A stretch of 57,055 nucleotides of DNA from an uncultured Coprococcus sp. (GTDB taxonomy: Bacteria > Bacillota > Clostridia > Lachnospirales > Lachnospiraceae): contig CAZYCT010000001.1 of assembly GCA_964646135.1 (NCBI GenBank), forward strand, positions 1-57,055, read 5' to 3'. Below, in pieces: positions 47,748 to 57,055 of the stretch. Below the pieces are notes generated by a model that searched no databases, was not told where the DNA came from, and saw only the letters and a list, made by a program, of their open reading frames with translations. The position numbers were made by a program, and so were the translations under genes. Each line of letters begins with the position of its first letter. Position 1 is the stretch's first letter.

Positions 47748-48044
47748 ATGAAATGGTTTATCAGTCAGCCAATGAAGGGCAGAACAGATGGAGAAATTCT
47801 TGCGGAAAGAGAAAGAGCTATTACTGCAATCAAGAATATCGATCCTGATGCAAAAATTCTGGACAGCTTCTTTGAAAAAGCACCGCATGATGCAAAACCT
47901 TTGTGGTTTTTAGGTAAATCTTTTGAGGTTTTATCAGATGCAGATACTGCTTATTTCTGTAAAGGATGGAATGAGGCACGTGGCTGTGTCATGGAACAGA
48001 TTGCAGCAAACAATTATGGAATCTCTGTAATTTATGGGGAGTAA
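47748..48044 (+). CDS. DUF4406-like (nucleoside deoxyribosyltransferase-like fold) protein
   Basis: FISQPMKG...L..AD.AYFCKGW..ARGC..E. Confidence 0.7.
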   Translation: MKWFISQPMKGRTDGEILAERERAITAIKNIDPDAKILDSFFEKAPHDAKPLWFLGKSFEVLSDADTAYFCKGWNEARGCVMEQIAANNYGISVIYGE

Positions 48045-48054
48045 GTGATGGAAA

Positions 48055-48264
48055 ATGCAAAGAGTGGTTTTAGTTAGCCGCTTGTCGGCTGGATACGATA
48101 CAGACAGATTTGTTTTCATATTCGGAGATCATAAAGCAGTTCGTTTTTATGATTGCCGATACACAGATGAGCAGGCAAAGAACTTGTTTCTTTGTGAGCT
48201 TCAACAAATGATATCAATGGGAAAATATCCCGATATAAAATTACCCGGCAGTGCAGGGAAATAA
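48055..48264 (+). CDS. Hypothetical protein
   Basis: 69-aa ORF in operon orientation. Confidence 0.45.
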   Translation: MQRVVLVSRLSAGYDTDRFVFIFGDHKAVRFYDCRYTDEQAKNLFLCELQQMISMGKYPDIKLPGSAGK

Positions 48265-48340
48265 ATGCGCTGGCTTCACATACCGCAGAGTGGCTGCGGA
48301 CATATAAATTAAATCTATGAATGCAGAAAGGAAGGTAACT

Positions 48341-49021
48341 ATGGAATTTTTAAAAGCATTTTTTGAGGATGGAAAGGCCCTTACTTATGAGGAACTTCTG
48401 GCAAAAGTGCAGGAGAAGAAAATGAACATCGTAAATATTGCAGATGGCAGTTACATCAGCAGAAACAAATATGATGATAAAGTAAACGGTCTTGCTCAGC
48501 AGGTAACAGATCTGCAGGGACAGGTTGCACAGAGAGATACCGATCTTGCAAGCCTCAATGATAAATTGACAGCAGCACAGGCAGATACAAACAAACTTGC
48601 AGACGTGCAGGGAATACTCACTGATCTTCAGACGCAGTATGCGACAGAAAAGCAGCAGTGGGAGGCAAAGAACGCACAGCAGGCCTATGAATTTATGGTG
48701 CGTGAACGTGCAAATGGACTGAAATTCAGTTCTGGTGCAGCAAAGAAGGAGTTTATCCGTGAGGCCATCAAAATGGGATTCAAGGTAGATGGTGACAACC
48801 TTTTGGGTTACACAGATTTTGTAACGAAATATCAGGCAGATGATCCGGGGGCTTTTGTGGTGGATACACCGAAGAACGACCCTGATCCGGAACCTACTCC
48901 GTCCCCTACCATCGTTCTTCCAAAAGGCGGAACATCAGCTCCAAAAGGGAAAAAAGTTAGTCTTCTGGATATGATGAAAGCAAAAAATGAAAACCCAAGT
49001 ACAGAAATCAGATTTGAATAA
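48341..49021 (+). CDS. Capsid scaffolding protein
   Basis: Coiled coil with Pro-rich C-terminus, directly upstream of major capsid. Confidence 0.8.
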   Translation: MEFLKAFFEDGKALTYEELLAKVQEKKMNIVNIADGSYISRNKYDDKVNGLAQQVTDLQGQVAQRDTDLASLNDKLTAAQADTNKLADVQGILTDLQTQYATEKQQWEAKNAQQAYEFMVRERANGLKFSSGAAKKEFIREAIKMGFKVDGDNLLGYTDFVTKYQADDPGAFVVDTPKNDPDPEPTPSPTIVLPKGGTSAPKGKKVSLLDMMKAKNENPSTEIRFE

Positions 49022-49062
49022 TCTGAGCAAACACAAAAATCTTAGAAAAGGAGAAATTCAAT

Positions 49063-50148
49063 ATGTCTGAACTTTTTAATGCCAAAATTTTTAATGGTGA
49101 AGTCTTCCAGAAATATGTGGACAGGCTCCCAAATCCGAACAAAACAGAGCTGATTAAATCTCGCGCGATTCGTCAGCGTCCAGAACTTGCTTCTGCAATG
49201 TCTGATCAGGTGGGTGGTAATTACATCACAACTCCTCTGACAGGTCTTATCAGCGGCACAGATGCACAGAACTATGATGGTGGTACAGACCTCTCTGCGC
49301 AGGAAACAAAAACATTTAGCCATTCCCGTGTTGTCGTAGGACGTGCACAGGCATGGACAGAGAAGGACTTTTCTTACGACATTACCGGTGGTACAGATTT
49401 CATGGAAAACGTAGCAGAACAGATTTCTGAATACTGGGATGAAGTGGATCAGGCCACTATCGTTCATATCCTTAATGGTGTATTTTCTATGTCTTCTACA
49501 GAGGGCAAAAAATTTGTAGACGCTCATACACATGATGTAACAGCAAAAACCAATTCTGAGGGTGACACTGGTTTTATGGATGGTACGACTCTTAACACTG
49601 CTATGCAGCGTGCTTGTGGTGATAATAAGGGCAAATTCTCTCTTGCAATCATGCATTCTGCAGTAGCTACCAACCTTGAAAACCTCCGTCTTCTGGCATA
49701 TCTGAAATATACTGATGCGAACGGTATTCAGAGAGATCTTGCAATCGGTACATTGAATGGACGTACTGTATTGGTCGACGATAATATGCCTTGCACAGAA
49801 GTGAAGGAGTCTTCTTCTGGAGCTGGTGACGGATATACAAAGTACACCACATATGTATTGGGTGATGGAGCAATCGAGTACACTGACTGTGGCGCGAAGG
49901 TTCCGTATGAAATGGACAGAGATCCAGCGAAAAACGGTGGCGAAGATACACTGTATTCCAGACAGAGAAAATGCTTCGCACCTTACGGCGTCAGCTTCAC
50001 TAAGAAGTCTATGGCATCTCTCAGCCCAACAGATGCAGAACTTGAAATGGGTGCTAACTGGGAACTGGTAAATTCTAACGAAACTTCCAAAGCAACCTAT
50101 ATTGAACACAAGGCAATTCCGATTGCAAGAATTATTTCCCGCGGCTAA
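49063..50148 (+). CDS. Major capsid protein
   Basis: FNGEVF..YV, NYDG.TD, GRAQAWTEKDF, MHSAVATNLEN, RDPAKNGG.DTLYSR, IPIARIISRG. Confidence 0.92.
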   Translation: MSELFNAKIFNGEVFQKYVDRLPNPNKTELIKSRAIRQRPELASAMSDQVGGNYITTPLTGLISGTDAQNYDGGTDLSAQETKTFSHSRVVVGRAQAWTEKDFSYDITGGTDFMENVAEQISEYWDEVDQATIVHILNGVFSMSSTEGKKFVDAHTHDVTAKTNSEGDTGFMDGTTLNTAMQRACGDNKGKFSLAIMHSAVATNLENLRLLAYLKYTDANGIQRDLAIGTLNGRTVLVDDNMPCTEVKESSSGAGDGYTKYTTYVLGDGAIEYTDCGAKVPYEMDRDPAKNGGEDTLYSRQRKCFAPYGVSFTKKSMASLSPTDAELEMGANWELVNSNETSKATYIEHKAIPIARIISRG

Positions 50149-50181
50149 TTAGAACGGGAAATCAGTTAGGAGGCAGGACTG

Positions 50182-50559
50182 ATGTATCTTACGTATGAAG
50201 AATACAAAAAATATGGCGGTACTGTCTCTGAAGCTGACTTTGTGTTGCTGGAATTTAAAGCGCGAAAACGTGTTGACTATTTGACGGATTCCAGAGTAGA
50301 GGGCATGAAGGAAGTGCCGGAGGCGGTAAAACTCTGTATTATGAGCCTTGTTAAGTTGGAAGGAAAAGTTGGTGTGGAGGCACAAGTGGAAAATCCCGTT
50401 GTTACCTCTTACAGTACAGATGGGTATTCTGAAAGCTATGGCAAGGCACTGGGTACAGAGGATGCAGAAAAGAGCATGAATAAAGTTGTTTGTTCCATGC
50501 TTGCCGGTGAGGTTGATGATTATGGTGTACCACTTTTATACCGTGGGGTAATCTCATAA
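50182..50559 (+). CDS. Head-tail adaptor protein
   Basis: YLTYEEY..YGG...DGYSESY...LLYRG. Confidence 0.8.
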   Translation: MYLTYEEYKKYGGTVSEADFVLLEFKARKRVDYLTDSRVEGMKEVPEAVKLCIMSLVKLEGKVGVEAQVENPVVTSYSTDGYSESYGKALGTEDAEKSMNKVVCSMLAGEVDDYGVPLLYRGVIS

Positions 50560-50585
50560 AGGTATCAGAAAGAGGGTGAATAGTC

Positions 50586-50996
50586 ATGCAGTTGTGTAAT
50601 GAAACTATTACCGTTTTCAACACAAGGATGGACGAAGAAAAAGGCTATGATGTGTATGTTCCAACCGTGATAGACGGCGTGTCATGGCATTGCGATATTG
50701 CATCAAATGTTGATTCAACAGGCCTAAAAGCAGCAAACAAATTTACAATTCGTATTCCGATAGATGCGGATTTTTCTGGAAAAGCATATGCAGAGCCGTC
50801 TGTATATGCAGGAGGTGATCCTACTTATCTATTTACCCTGAAAAACGGTGATATCATCGTAAAAGGGGCCTATGATGGTACTGGTTTGACGTTGGCGGAC
50901 ATTAAAGCCTTTGCAGGTGATACTGTAAAAGTATTGGGTGTTACCGACAATAGAAGGGCACCACATGGAAAGCACTGGAAGGTGGTGGGTTCGTAA
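50586..50996 (+). CDS. Head closure protein (DUF6751-like)
   Basis: TITVFN...GVSWH...FTLKNGDIIVKG...HWKV; position in the neck module. Confidence 0.7.
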   Translation: MQLCNETITVFNTRMDEEKGYDVYVPTVIDGVSWHCDIASNVDSTGLKAANKFTIRIPIDADFSGKAYAEPSVYAGGDPTYLFTLKNGDIIVKGAYDGTGLTLADIKAFAGDTVKVLGVTDNRRAPHGKHWKVVGS

Positions 50997-51436
50997 TGTT
51001 CAAAGTTCACATGGATTTTGATACAGCGAATCTGCTGGAAAAAGCCAATCTGGAAAAAGGTGGTAAAGTACAGGCCGCTATAGATAAAGCAGTAATTGAC
51101 TGGGATATGCAATATGTTCCGTGGGACACAGGTGTTTTAGCTACTTCAGCATATTCTGCTACACAGATCGGACAGGGAGAAGTAATCTATCCGGGGCCGT
51201 ATGCAAGATATCAATACTACGGAGAAGTGATGGGGCCAAACATTCCTATCTTTGAGGATAACAGTGGAGTACCAACAGGTTTCTGGTCAAAAGCACCAAA
51301 ACATCTTACGGGCAGACCACTTCAATACCGTACCGATGTGAATCCGCTTGCTGGTTCATTCTGGTTTGAGCGTATGAAAGCAGACCATCTACAGGATATT
51401 ATTGAGGAGGCTAAAAATGCTGCAGGAATTAAATAA
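50996..51436 (+). CDS. Minor capsid/neck protein (Minor_capsid_2-like)
   Basis: YVPWDTG.L...PYARYQYYG...AGSFWFERMK. Confidence 0.8.
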   Translation: MFKVHMDFDTANLLEKANLEKGGKVQAAIDKAVIDWDMQYVPWDTGVLATSAYSATQIGQGEVIYPGPYARYQYYGEVMGPNIPIFEDNSGVPTGFWSKAPKHLTGRPLQYRTDVNPLAGSFWFERMKADHLQDIIEEAKNAAGIK

Positions 51437-51857
51437 TACGGAGTTGCTGCGAGACTGGTTCCGTACCTGTCCGGCAATTCTAAAAACCAATTATTTTCGT
51501 GTGGACTATCTAGCAGAAAAAGCTACAGAATATGCGCTGTATGCCGTTCCGTCTACTTTAAAGACGCATGAAAATATTCTGGGTGAGGAAGTCATAAATG
51601 ATATCCAAACTCAAAATTACATTTTTGCATCGAAGGAAACCTATGGCGCAGATATCCAACAGAACTTAAAAAATATGCAGTTCTACCAAGAAGTAATGGC
51701 TTGGATATTGGAACAGAATGCCGCACGAAACTTTCCTAAAATGCAGGATGGAGTAGTGAAGTCCGTTGTTCCAACGCTTACACCTTACATGGTGCAGGCA
51801 GGAAGTAATGTGGCAAAATATCAAATACAATTAAAAATCACATACAGGAGGATTTGA
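51417..51857 (+). CDS. Tail terminator/completion protein
   Basis: Precedes the tail tube gene; ends AKYQIQLKITY. Confidence 0.7.
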   Translation: MLQELNNTELLRDWFRTCPAILKTNYFRVDYLAEKATEYALYAVPSTLKTHENILGEEVINDIQTQNYIFASKETYGADIQQNLKNMQFYQEVMAWILEQNAARNFPKMQDGVVKSVVPTLTPYMVQAGSNVAKYQIQLKITYRRI

Positions 51858-51859
51858 AT

Positions 51860-52366
51860 ATGGGTGACACAAATATTACAGGCAAGATTGCACGTAAATA
51901 TATGGCACATTTTCTGGACGCTTCTTTTGGCGGTACACAGGCAGAATGGTATCGTCTTGGAGAAGATCTGGATGAATACAACATTGAAATGAACCCGGAT
52001 ACGGAAGTAAAGAAAAACATTCTGGGTAACACAACTTTTAACCACAATGGTTATGAACCGTCTTCTGACTCTGATCCATACTATGCACGTGTGGGCGATA
52101 AGCTGTTTGAACATCTGCAGAAAATCGTAGACACATTAGCATCAGATGATACCTGCAAAACTTCTGCATTAGAGGTTCATCTGTGGGACGGTAACGAAGC
52201 AGGAGGCTATAAAGCATTTAAACAGGATTGCTACGTAGTTCCTACAAGCTACGGTGGAGACACATCTGGTTATCAGATTCCATTTTCTGTCAACTATGTT
52301 GGCGAAAAAACAGAAGGAACTTATGATCCTGCGAAAAAGACCTTTACACCAAAATCAGTTGAGTAA
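51860..52366 (+). CDS. Major tail (tube) protein
   Basis: RLGEDLDEYNIEMNP...KNILG...SYGGDTSG.QIPF. Confidence 0.85.
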   Translation: MGDTNITGKIARKYMAHFLDASFGGTQAEWYRLGEDLDEYNIEMNPDTEVKKNILGNTTFNHNGYEPSSDSDPYYARVGDKLFEHLQKIVDTLASDDTCKTSALEVHLWDGNEAGGYKAFKQDCYVVPTSYGGDTSGYQIPFSVNYVGEKTEGTYDPAKKTFTPKSVE

Positions 52367-52381
52367 AGGTGCATTTTGACG

Positions 52382-52414
52382 GGGGAGCTGGCAGTAGCCA
52401 GTTCTCCCATTTTT
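52382..52414 (+). terminator. Terminator after the major tail gene
   Basis: GGGGAGCTGGC-agta-GCCAGTTCTCCC followed by ATTTTT. Confidence 0.7.
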
Positions 52415-52443
52415 ACTGTTAAAGCATAAAGGAGGCAACAGCA

Positions 52444-52926
52444 ATGGCAGAGAATATGAAAAACTTTAGTATGGAAATCAGTGTAGACGATGGTACAGTG
52501 CGAGTTCCGGTAAAAAATAAACAGGGAGAAGAAATTGGTGTCTTCTATTTCAGACCAACTGATATCAATATCATCAAAAGATACAATGAGGTAATTGATA
52601 AGTTTGATAATATCGTTGCTCCACTTGAAAATGTGGATATTTCTTCTGATGGTACGGCGCAGGATATGAATGATCAGGTGGCTATTGAAGCTCTTAAAGA
52701 TGCAGAAACGAGACTATTTGAAGCAACTGATTATTTATTTGGCGGAAATATGTCAGAAGCATTCTTTGGAAAAATGAATCCATTCTCACCTGTAAATGGT
52801 CACTTCTATTGTGAATCAGCCATCAATGCAGTTGGTAGCTTCATCAACACACAGTTTGATAGAGAAACTAAGAAAATCAGTTCAAGAGTCAGCCGCTATA
52901 CAAAAAGAAAAGGTGGCAGAAAATAA
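52444..52926 (+). CDS. Tail assembly chaperone
   Basis: Between tail tube and Gp15-like gene; FRPTD motif. Confidence 0.7.
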   Translation: MAENMKNFSMEISVDDGTVRVPVKNKQGEEIGVFYFRPTDINIIKRYNEVIDKFDNIVAPLENVDISSDGTAQDMNDQVAIEALKDAETRLFEATDYLFGGNMSEAFFGKMNPFSPVNGHFYCESAINAVGSFINTQFDRETKKISSRVSRYTKRKGGRK

Positions 52927-53480
52927 TGACCTTTGGATTACCCTCCAGCTTAGAAGTTGCCGGGCAGGAATATGAAATATACACAGACTACAGGGATGTA
53001 CTGAACATCATAGCGGCTTTTGAGGATCCTAACTTGGAACCCGCTGAAAAACAGTACATCTGTCTACACAATCTTTATAAGGATGATGAAAAAATACCGC
53101 AGGAGCATTATGCGGAGGCATACAAAGCCGCAATCGCATTTATTGACAATGGAATGGAGTCAGATCAAGGTAGCCCCCGGACAATGGACTGGGAGCAAGA
53201 TGCGCCAGTTCTTTTCCCTGCGGTCAATCACGTAGCAGGATTTGAAGTCAGATCCGTGGACTATCTACATTGGTGGACGTTCACGGGTTTTTTTATGGAA
53301 ATAAAAGAAAGTGTATATGCCACGGTATTGAGTATTCGGAGCAAGAAAGCAAAGGGCAAAAAACTGGAGAAATGGGAAAAAGATTTTTGGCAGGCAAATA
53401 AAAAATTGTGTGTGTTGAAAGAAAAGCTGACTGAAGAGGAACAGGCTGAAAAAGACAGACTGATTGCCATACTTGGCTAA
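52926..53480 (+). CDS. Gp15-like tail assembly protein
   Basis: LP.SLEV.G.EY.I.TDYR, DWEQDA, YLHWWTF. Confidence 0.85.
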   Translation: MTFGLPSSLEVAGQEYEIYTDYRDVLNIIAAFEDPNLEPAEKQYICLHNLYKDDEKIPQEHYAEAYKAAIAFIDNGMESDQGSPRTMDWEQDAPVLFPAVNHVAGFEVRSVDYLHWWTFTGFFMEIKESVYATVLSIRSKKAKGKKLEKWEKDFWQANKKLCVLKEKLTEEEQAEKDRLIAILG

Positions 53481-53503
53481 GTAGTAGATAGGAGGTGGTT
53501 TAG

Positions 53504-56500
53504 GTGGCAGATAACAAGGCAGATGGCTCTATTGTCATTGATACCGGGCTTGATACAAAAGGATTTGATAAAGGGTCAAAAGAGCTGCTTACGGCAATCA
53601 ACTCTCTGACAAAGGAGATTGAACGACTGGGACAAACGCTGCAGACCACTTTTTCAAATTACGGCAATGTGGCACAAAACTCTGATACGAAAGTACAGAA
53701 ATTGGAACAGACGGTTGTGCAATTAGAAGCAAGGGTTCAAGAATTAAATGCAACAATCGCTGAAATGGAAGAAAAACTTGCTGATGCATCACAGCAGAAA
53801 CCAATGGATGCAGATGCTTTTGAACAGACGGGAGCATCTGCAGATGATGCAAAAGGTAGAATTGCTCAATTAGAAGAACAGATATCGAGTCTTGAATCAT
53901 ATATTGACCAGTTGCACGCACAGATGGCCAGTGGGTCAGATACCATTGCACCTGTCATGGATACGAACCAGATATATGATGGGGTCGTGGATCTGGATGA
54001 AGCCTTCAAAACATTGGAAACTGATATGACTGATCTTGAAGCAGTTGCTGAACAAGCCTTTGCTGGTGACAATGCAGCAGTGCAGGAATTTAAAGAAGGT
54101 GTGTCAGATACGCAGAGTAAAATTGCAGAAATGGAGAGGGCGTTAGAAGAGTTCGGAGCTACACAGATTCCAACAGAAGATTATGCGTTTCTTCAAAGCG
54201 AATATGATAAATGCGATAAAAAACTAGAAAAATTGTTGGACAAGCAAGCCCGCATGGAAGATACCGGTGTAAAGAAAAATTCCAAAGCATGGAAAAATTT
54301 GCAGTATGATATCGAACAGACCAGAATGCAAATGGATACCTACAAAGATGATATGGCCGAAATGGAAAATGCAGGTACTGCATTTACATTAGGATCGGAT
54401 ACAGCAGAATTTGCAGGCTATTATAAACAGCTCATGGAGGCAAAGCAGGCGCTGGAAGAATTAGCAGTAGAGGTACAGCGATTCGGCGGACAGATAAAAT
54501 CTACGTGGGCAAATATGACCACCTTATCGGGGATGTTAAAAAACGCTTTTTCATCTGTTGGAAGAGCTGTTATGACTGGTGCCGGTTATGCAGTACAGGC
54601 GATACGACACCCGATACAATCGCTTGACAGGCTTTTAGGCGGACTTGTAAAGACTGTAGGCAGAGTTGCAGGGTCACTTGCTAAAATGGCAAGCAGCGCG
54701 GTTGTGAGTGGACTGAAAGCCATTGCAAATGCAGCAAAAAAAGCGGCAAAAAATCTTGTAGCAATGGCAGGTAGTGCTATAAAGGGTGGTTTCAGTAGGA
54801 TTGCATCACTTGCTAAAAAAGCGGCTACATCATTGTTAGGCGTCGGAAGTGGTGCAAAAAAATCCGATGTAGGTTTAAAAAATGGTCTGAAAACAGTCCT
54901 TAAATATGCATTCGGTATCCGCTCCTTGTATATGCTCTGCAATAAGCTGAAATCAGCGATTAAAGATGGTTTCGGATCACTGGCACAGTATTCACCACAA
55001 GTGAACAGTGCAGTGTCTTCTATGCAGGGGGCATTATCTACACTGAAACTGAGCTTATCAACAGCTTTTGCACCGATTGTTACAGCAGTAGCTCCTGCAA
55101 TTACGTACTTGATTAACTTGCTCACAGCAGCAGTCAATGCGATCGGTATGTTTTTTGCCGCGATTACTGGCCAGAAAACTTACACAAAGGCAACAGCACA
55201 GGTAGCAGATTATGCAGCAAGCCAAAGTGATGCCGCATCCTCTACAGGAGACGCAGCAGATGCAGTAAAAGAAGAGAAGAAGCAGTTAGCATCATTCGAT
55301 GATCTTGATATCTTGGAGGACAGCTCATCGGATAGTTCCGGCGGCGGTGGCGGTGGCTCTGGTGGTGGTTCAGACCCCTCTACTATGTTTGAAACTGTTC
55401 CGGTGGATTCAGGTATTGCCGGGTTCGTGCAGAAAATAAAAGAGCTGTTTGAAGAAGGCGATTATGAAGAAATAGGGCACATCATTGCACAGAAAATCAA
55501 TGAAGCCTTTGCAAAAGTAAAAGAGCTGATCGCATGGGAAAATGTAGGAGCGGTTGTGACGGAATACGTGAATGCTTTTTGCAGAATTTTTAATAGTCTT
55601 GTTGACAACATAGACTGGGATTTGATTGGTAGTACATTTGCAGAAGGCATTAACACACTGTTGCATACGATAGAACTACTACTGACTGGCATTGACTGGA
55701 ACAATCTTGGCACAAAGATTGGAGATGGTCTGAATGGATTGGTTCGCGATATTGAGTGGGATCTTCTTGGAGAAACGTTTGCAGCTTACTTTTCGGCAAA
55801 GCTAAACCTTCTTACAGGTGCTGTTCAGGAATTTGATTGGGGTCAGTTAGGTTCAAAGATGTCAGAGGGATTCAATTCACTTGTTTCTATCATGACCGCC
55901 ACGATTACAGCTATTGATTGGAAGGGTATCGGTTCAAACTTTATCACAGGTGTAAATAACCTTGTTACCGGTGTAAACTGGACAGAGGTAGGGAACTTAT
56001 TGGCACAATCATTTAACGCGGCTCTTGGCATGATTTACAGTGTTGTGAGGGATTTCAAATGGTCTGAAGCCGGAAAGAAATTTGGTGAAGGTGTAAATGG
56101 CATCATTTCCAACGTAAACTGGGCGGATATCGGACAGACGATATCGAGTAGTCTAACAGGTGCTCTGAATTTTCTTTTTAATGCAATTAAGGAAATTAAC
56201 TGGACACAGCTAGGAGAAGATGTAAAAACAGCACTAGTGAATATCAACTGGTCAGAGATATGTCAGGCGTTATTTAAGACATTGGGTGCAGCACTTGCAG
56301 GACTGTCACAATTTCTTGGCGGTCTATTTGGTGATGCGGTTGAAGGCGCAAAAGATTACTTCAATGGAAAAATCGAAGAGTGTGGCGGAAATATCGTAGC
56401 TGGTATCTTTAAAGGTATAAAAGACGCTATTGCTGGTATCGGTACATGGATTAAAGAAAACATTGTGGATCCATTTGTAAGTGGTTTCAAAGAATTATTC

Positions 56501-57055
56501 GGAATCCATTCACCATCTACAGTCATGGCAGAACTTGGATCATTCCTGATTGAAGGATTGTTGCAAGGTATCTTGGATATTGTATCAGGAATCAAAGCAT
56601 GGATAAAAGAGCACGTTACTGATCCGATTAAAAAATGTTTTGAAAATTTTAGTCTGGCAAAATTACTTGATACAGCGTTGGATCTTGGAGATAAAGCTAT
56701 TTCTGTAGCAGTGTCTCTAATAAAATCTGGTTGGAAAACCATCAGTTCATGGGTGGGAGACATTGGAAGTAAAGCAGTGTCTCTAATAAAATCTGGCTGG
56801 TCAACCCTCACAGGCTGGGTGGGAGACATTGGAAGTAAAGCAGTGTCTCTTGCAAAATCTGGTTGGACAACCCTCAGTTCATGGGTGGGAGACATTGGAA
56901 GTAAATCAGTTAGACTGATAAAGTCTGGTTGGACAACCCTCAGTTCATGGGTGGGAGAGATCGGAAATAAGACAGTATCTCTTGTGAAATCTGGTTGGAT
57001 AACCCTCAGTTCATGGGTGGGAGAGATCGGAAATAAGACAGTATCTCTTGTGAAA
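53504..57055 (+). CDS. Tape measure protein, N-terminal part (open to the window end; absent from the ORF track)
   Basis: GGAGG RBS, GTG 53504, MADNKADGSIVIDTGLD; coiled coil, IDW repeats, then 22-aa repeats; same frame at the window end. Confidence 0.9.
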   Translation, partial: MADNKADGSIVIDTGLDTKGFDKGSKELLTAINSLTKEIERLGQTLQTTFSNYGNVAQNSDTKVQKLEQTVVQLEARVQELNATIAEMEEKLADASQQKPMDADAFEQTGASADDAKGRIAQLEEQISSLESYIDQLHAQMASGSDTIAPVMDTNQIYDGVVDLDEAFKTLETDMTDLEAVAEQAFAGDNAAVQEFKEGVSDTQSKIAEMERALEEFGATQIPTEDYAFLQSEYDKCDKKLEKLLDKQARMEDTGVKKNSKAWKNLQYDIEQTRMQMDTYKDDMAEMENAGTAFTLGSDTAEFAGYYKQLMEAKQALEELAVEVQRFGGQIKSTWANMTTLSGMLKNAFSSVGRAVMTGAGYAVQAIRHPIQSLDRLLGGLVKTVGRVAGSLAKMASSAVVSGLKAIANAAKKAAKNLVAMAGSAIKGGFSRIASLAKKAATSLLGVGSGAKKSDVGLKNGLKTVLKYAFGIRSLYMLCNKLKSAIKDGFGSLAQYSPQVNSAVSSMQGALSTLKLSLSTAFAPIVTAVAPAITYLINLLTAAVNAIGMFFAAITGQKTYTKATAQVADYAASQSDAASSTGDAADAVKEEKKQLASFDDLDILEDSSSDSSGGGGGGSGGGSDPSTMFETVPVDSGIAGFVQKIKELFEEGDYEEIGHIIAQKINEAFAKVKELIAWENVGAVVTEYVNAFCRIFNSLVDNIDWDLIGSTFAEGINTLLHTIELLLTGIDWNNLGTKIGDGLNGLVRDIEWDLLGETFAAYFSAKLNLLTGAVQEFDWGQLGSKMSEGFNSLVSIMTATITAIDWKGIGSNFITGVNNLVTGVNWTEVGNLLAQSFNAALGMIYSVVRDFKWSEAGKKFGEGVNGIISNVNWADIGQTISSSLTGALNFLFNAIKEINWTQLGEDVKTALVNINWSEICQALFKTLGAALAGLSQFLGGLFGDAVEGAKDYFNGKIEECGGNIVAGIFKGIKDAIAGIGTWIKENIVDPFVSGFKELFGIHSPSTVMAELGSFLIEGLLQGILDIVSGIKAWIKEHVTDPIKKCFENFSLAKLLDTALDLGDKAISVAVSLIKSGWKTISSWVGDIGSKAVSLIKSGWSTLTGWVGDIGSKAVSLAKSGWTTLSSWVGDIGSKSVRLIKSGWTTLSSWVGEIGNKTVSLVKSGWITLSSWVGEIGNKTVSLVK
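56708..57055 (+). repeat. 66-bp tandem repeat in the tape measure gene (continues at about 1-250)
   Basis: Units start at 56708, 56774, 56840, 56906, 56972 and 57038. Confidence 0.92.

Noticed and set aside
49042-50109. Long antisense ORFs (355 aa here; also 10019-10666, 9080-9706, 54586-55137, 56356-56895)
   Set aside because: Shadows of well-supported plus-strand genes with no recognisable motifs
52900-52930. Programmed frameshift between tail chaperone genes
   Set aside because: No canonical X XXY YYZ slippery site recognised; the next gene has its own coupled TAATG start
1-57055. A third DGR target, tRNA or rRNA genes
   Set aside because: No further WWLRRA...GVALG segment or tRNA-like cloverleaf noticed by eye; BLASTN with TR and tRNAscan-SE would be needed to exclude them

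Overview
The window is an essentially complete temperate tailed phage genome (siphovirus-type, probably infecting a gut Clostridia/Lachnospiraceae host; host is inferred from gene families only). It is opened inside the 66-bp repeats of the tape-measure gene and contains no host genes. Gene order: tail tip and a 1890-aa receptor-binding protein, a complete diversity-generating retroelement (avd-TR-RT), holin and endolysin, a repressor-controlled accessory operon (DarA-C-like, macrodomain, orphan NrdG), serine integrase with CI/Cro, a PolA replication module with accessory genes, primase-helicase, late activator, packaging, head and tail. Highlights: (1) one DGR template mutagenises two targets, the tail-fibre tip (16/16 mismatches at TR adenines) and a stand-alone non-structural gene about 15 kb away behind DNA polymerase (21/21 at adenines), both followed by the same GGCCCC hairpin; (2) three dispersed direct copies of a roughly 260-bp iteron/hairpin element at module junctions; (3) a permuted, split C5-methyltransferase with a nested alternative-frame ORF and poly-G tracts; (4) an 18-bp operator network and two matching late promoters. 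All family assignments come from motif recognition by eye, not database searches.
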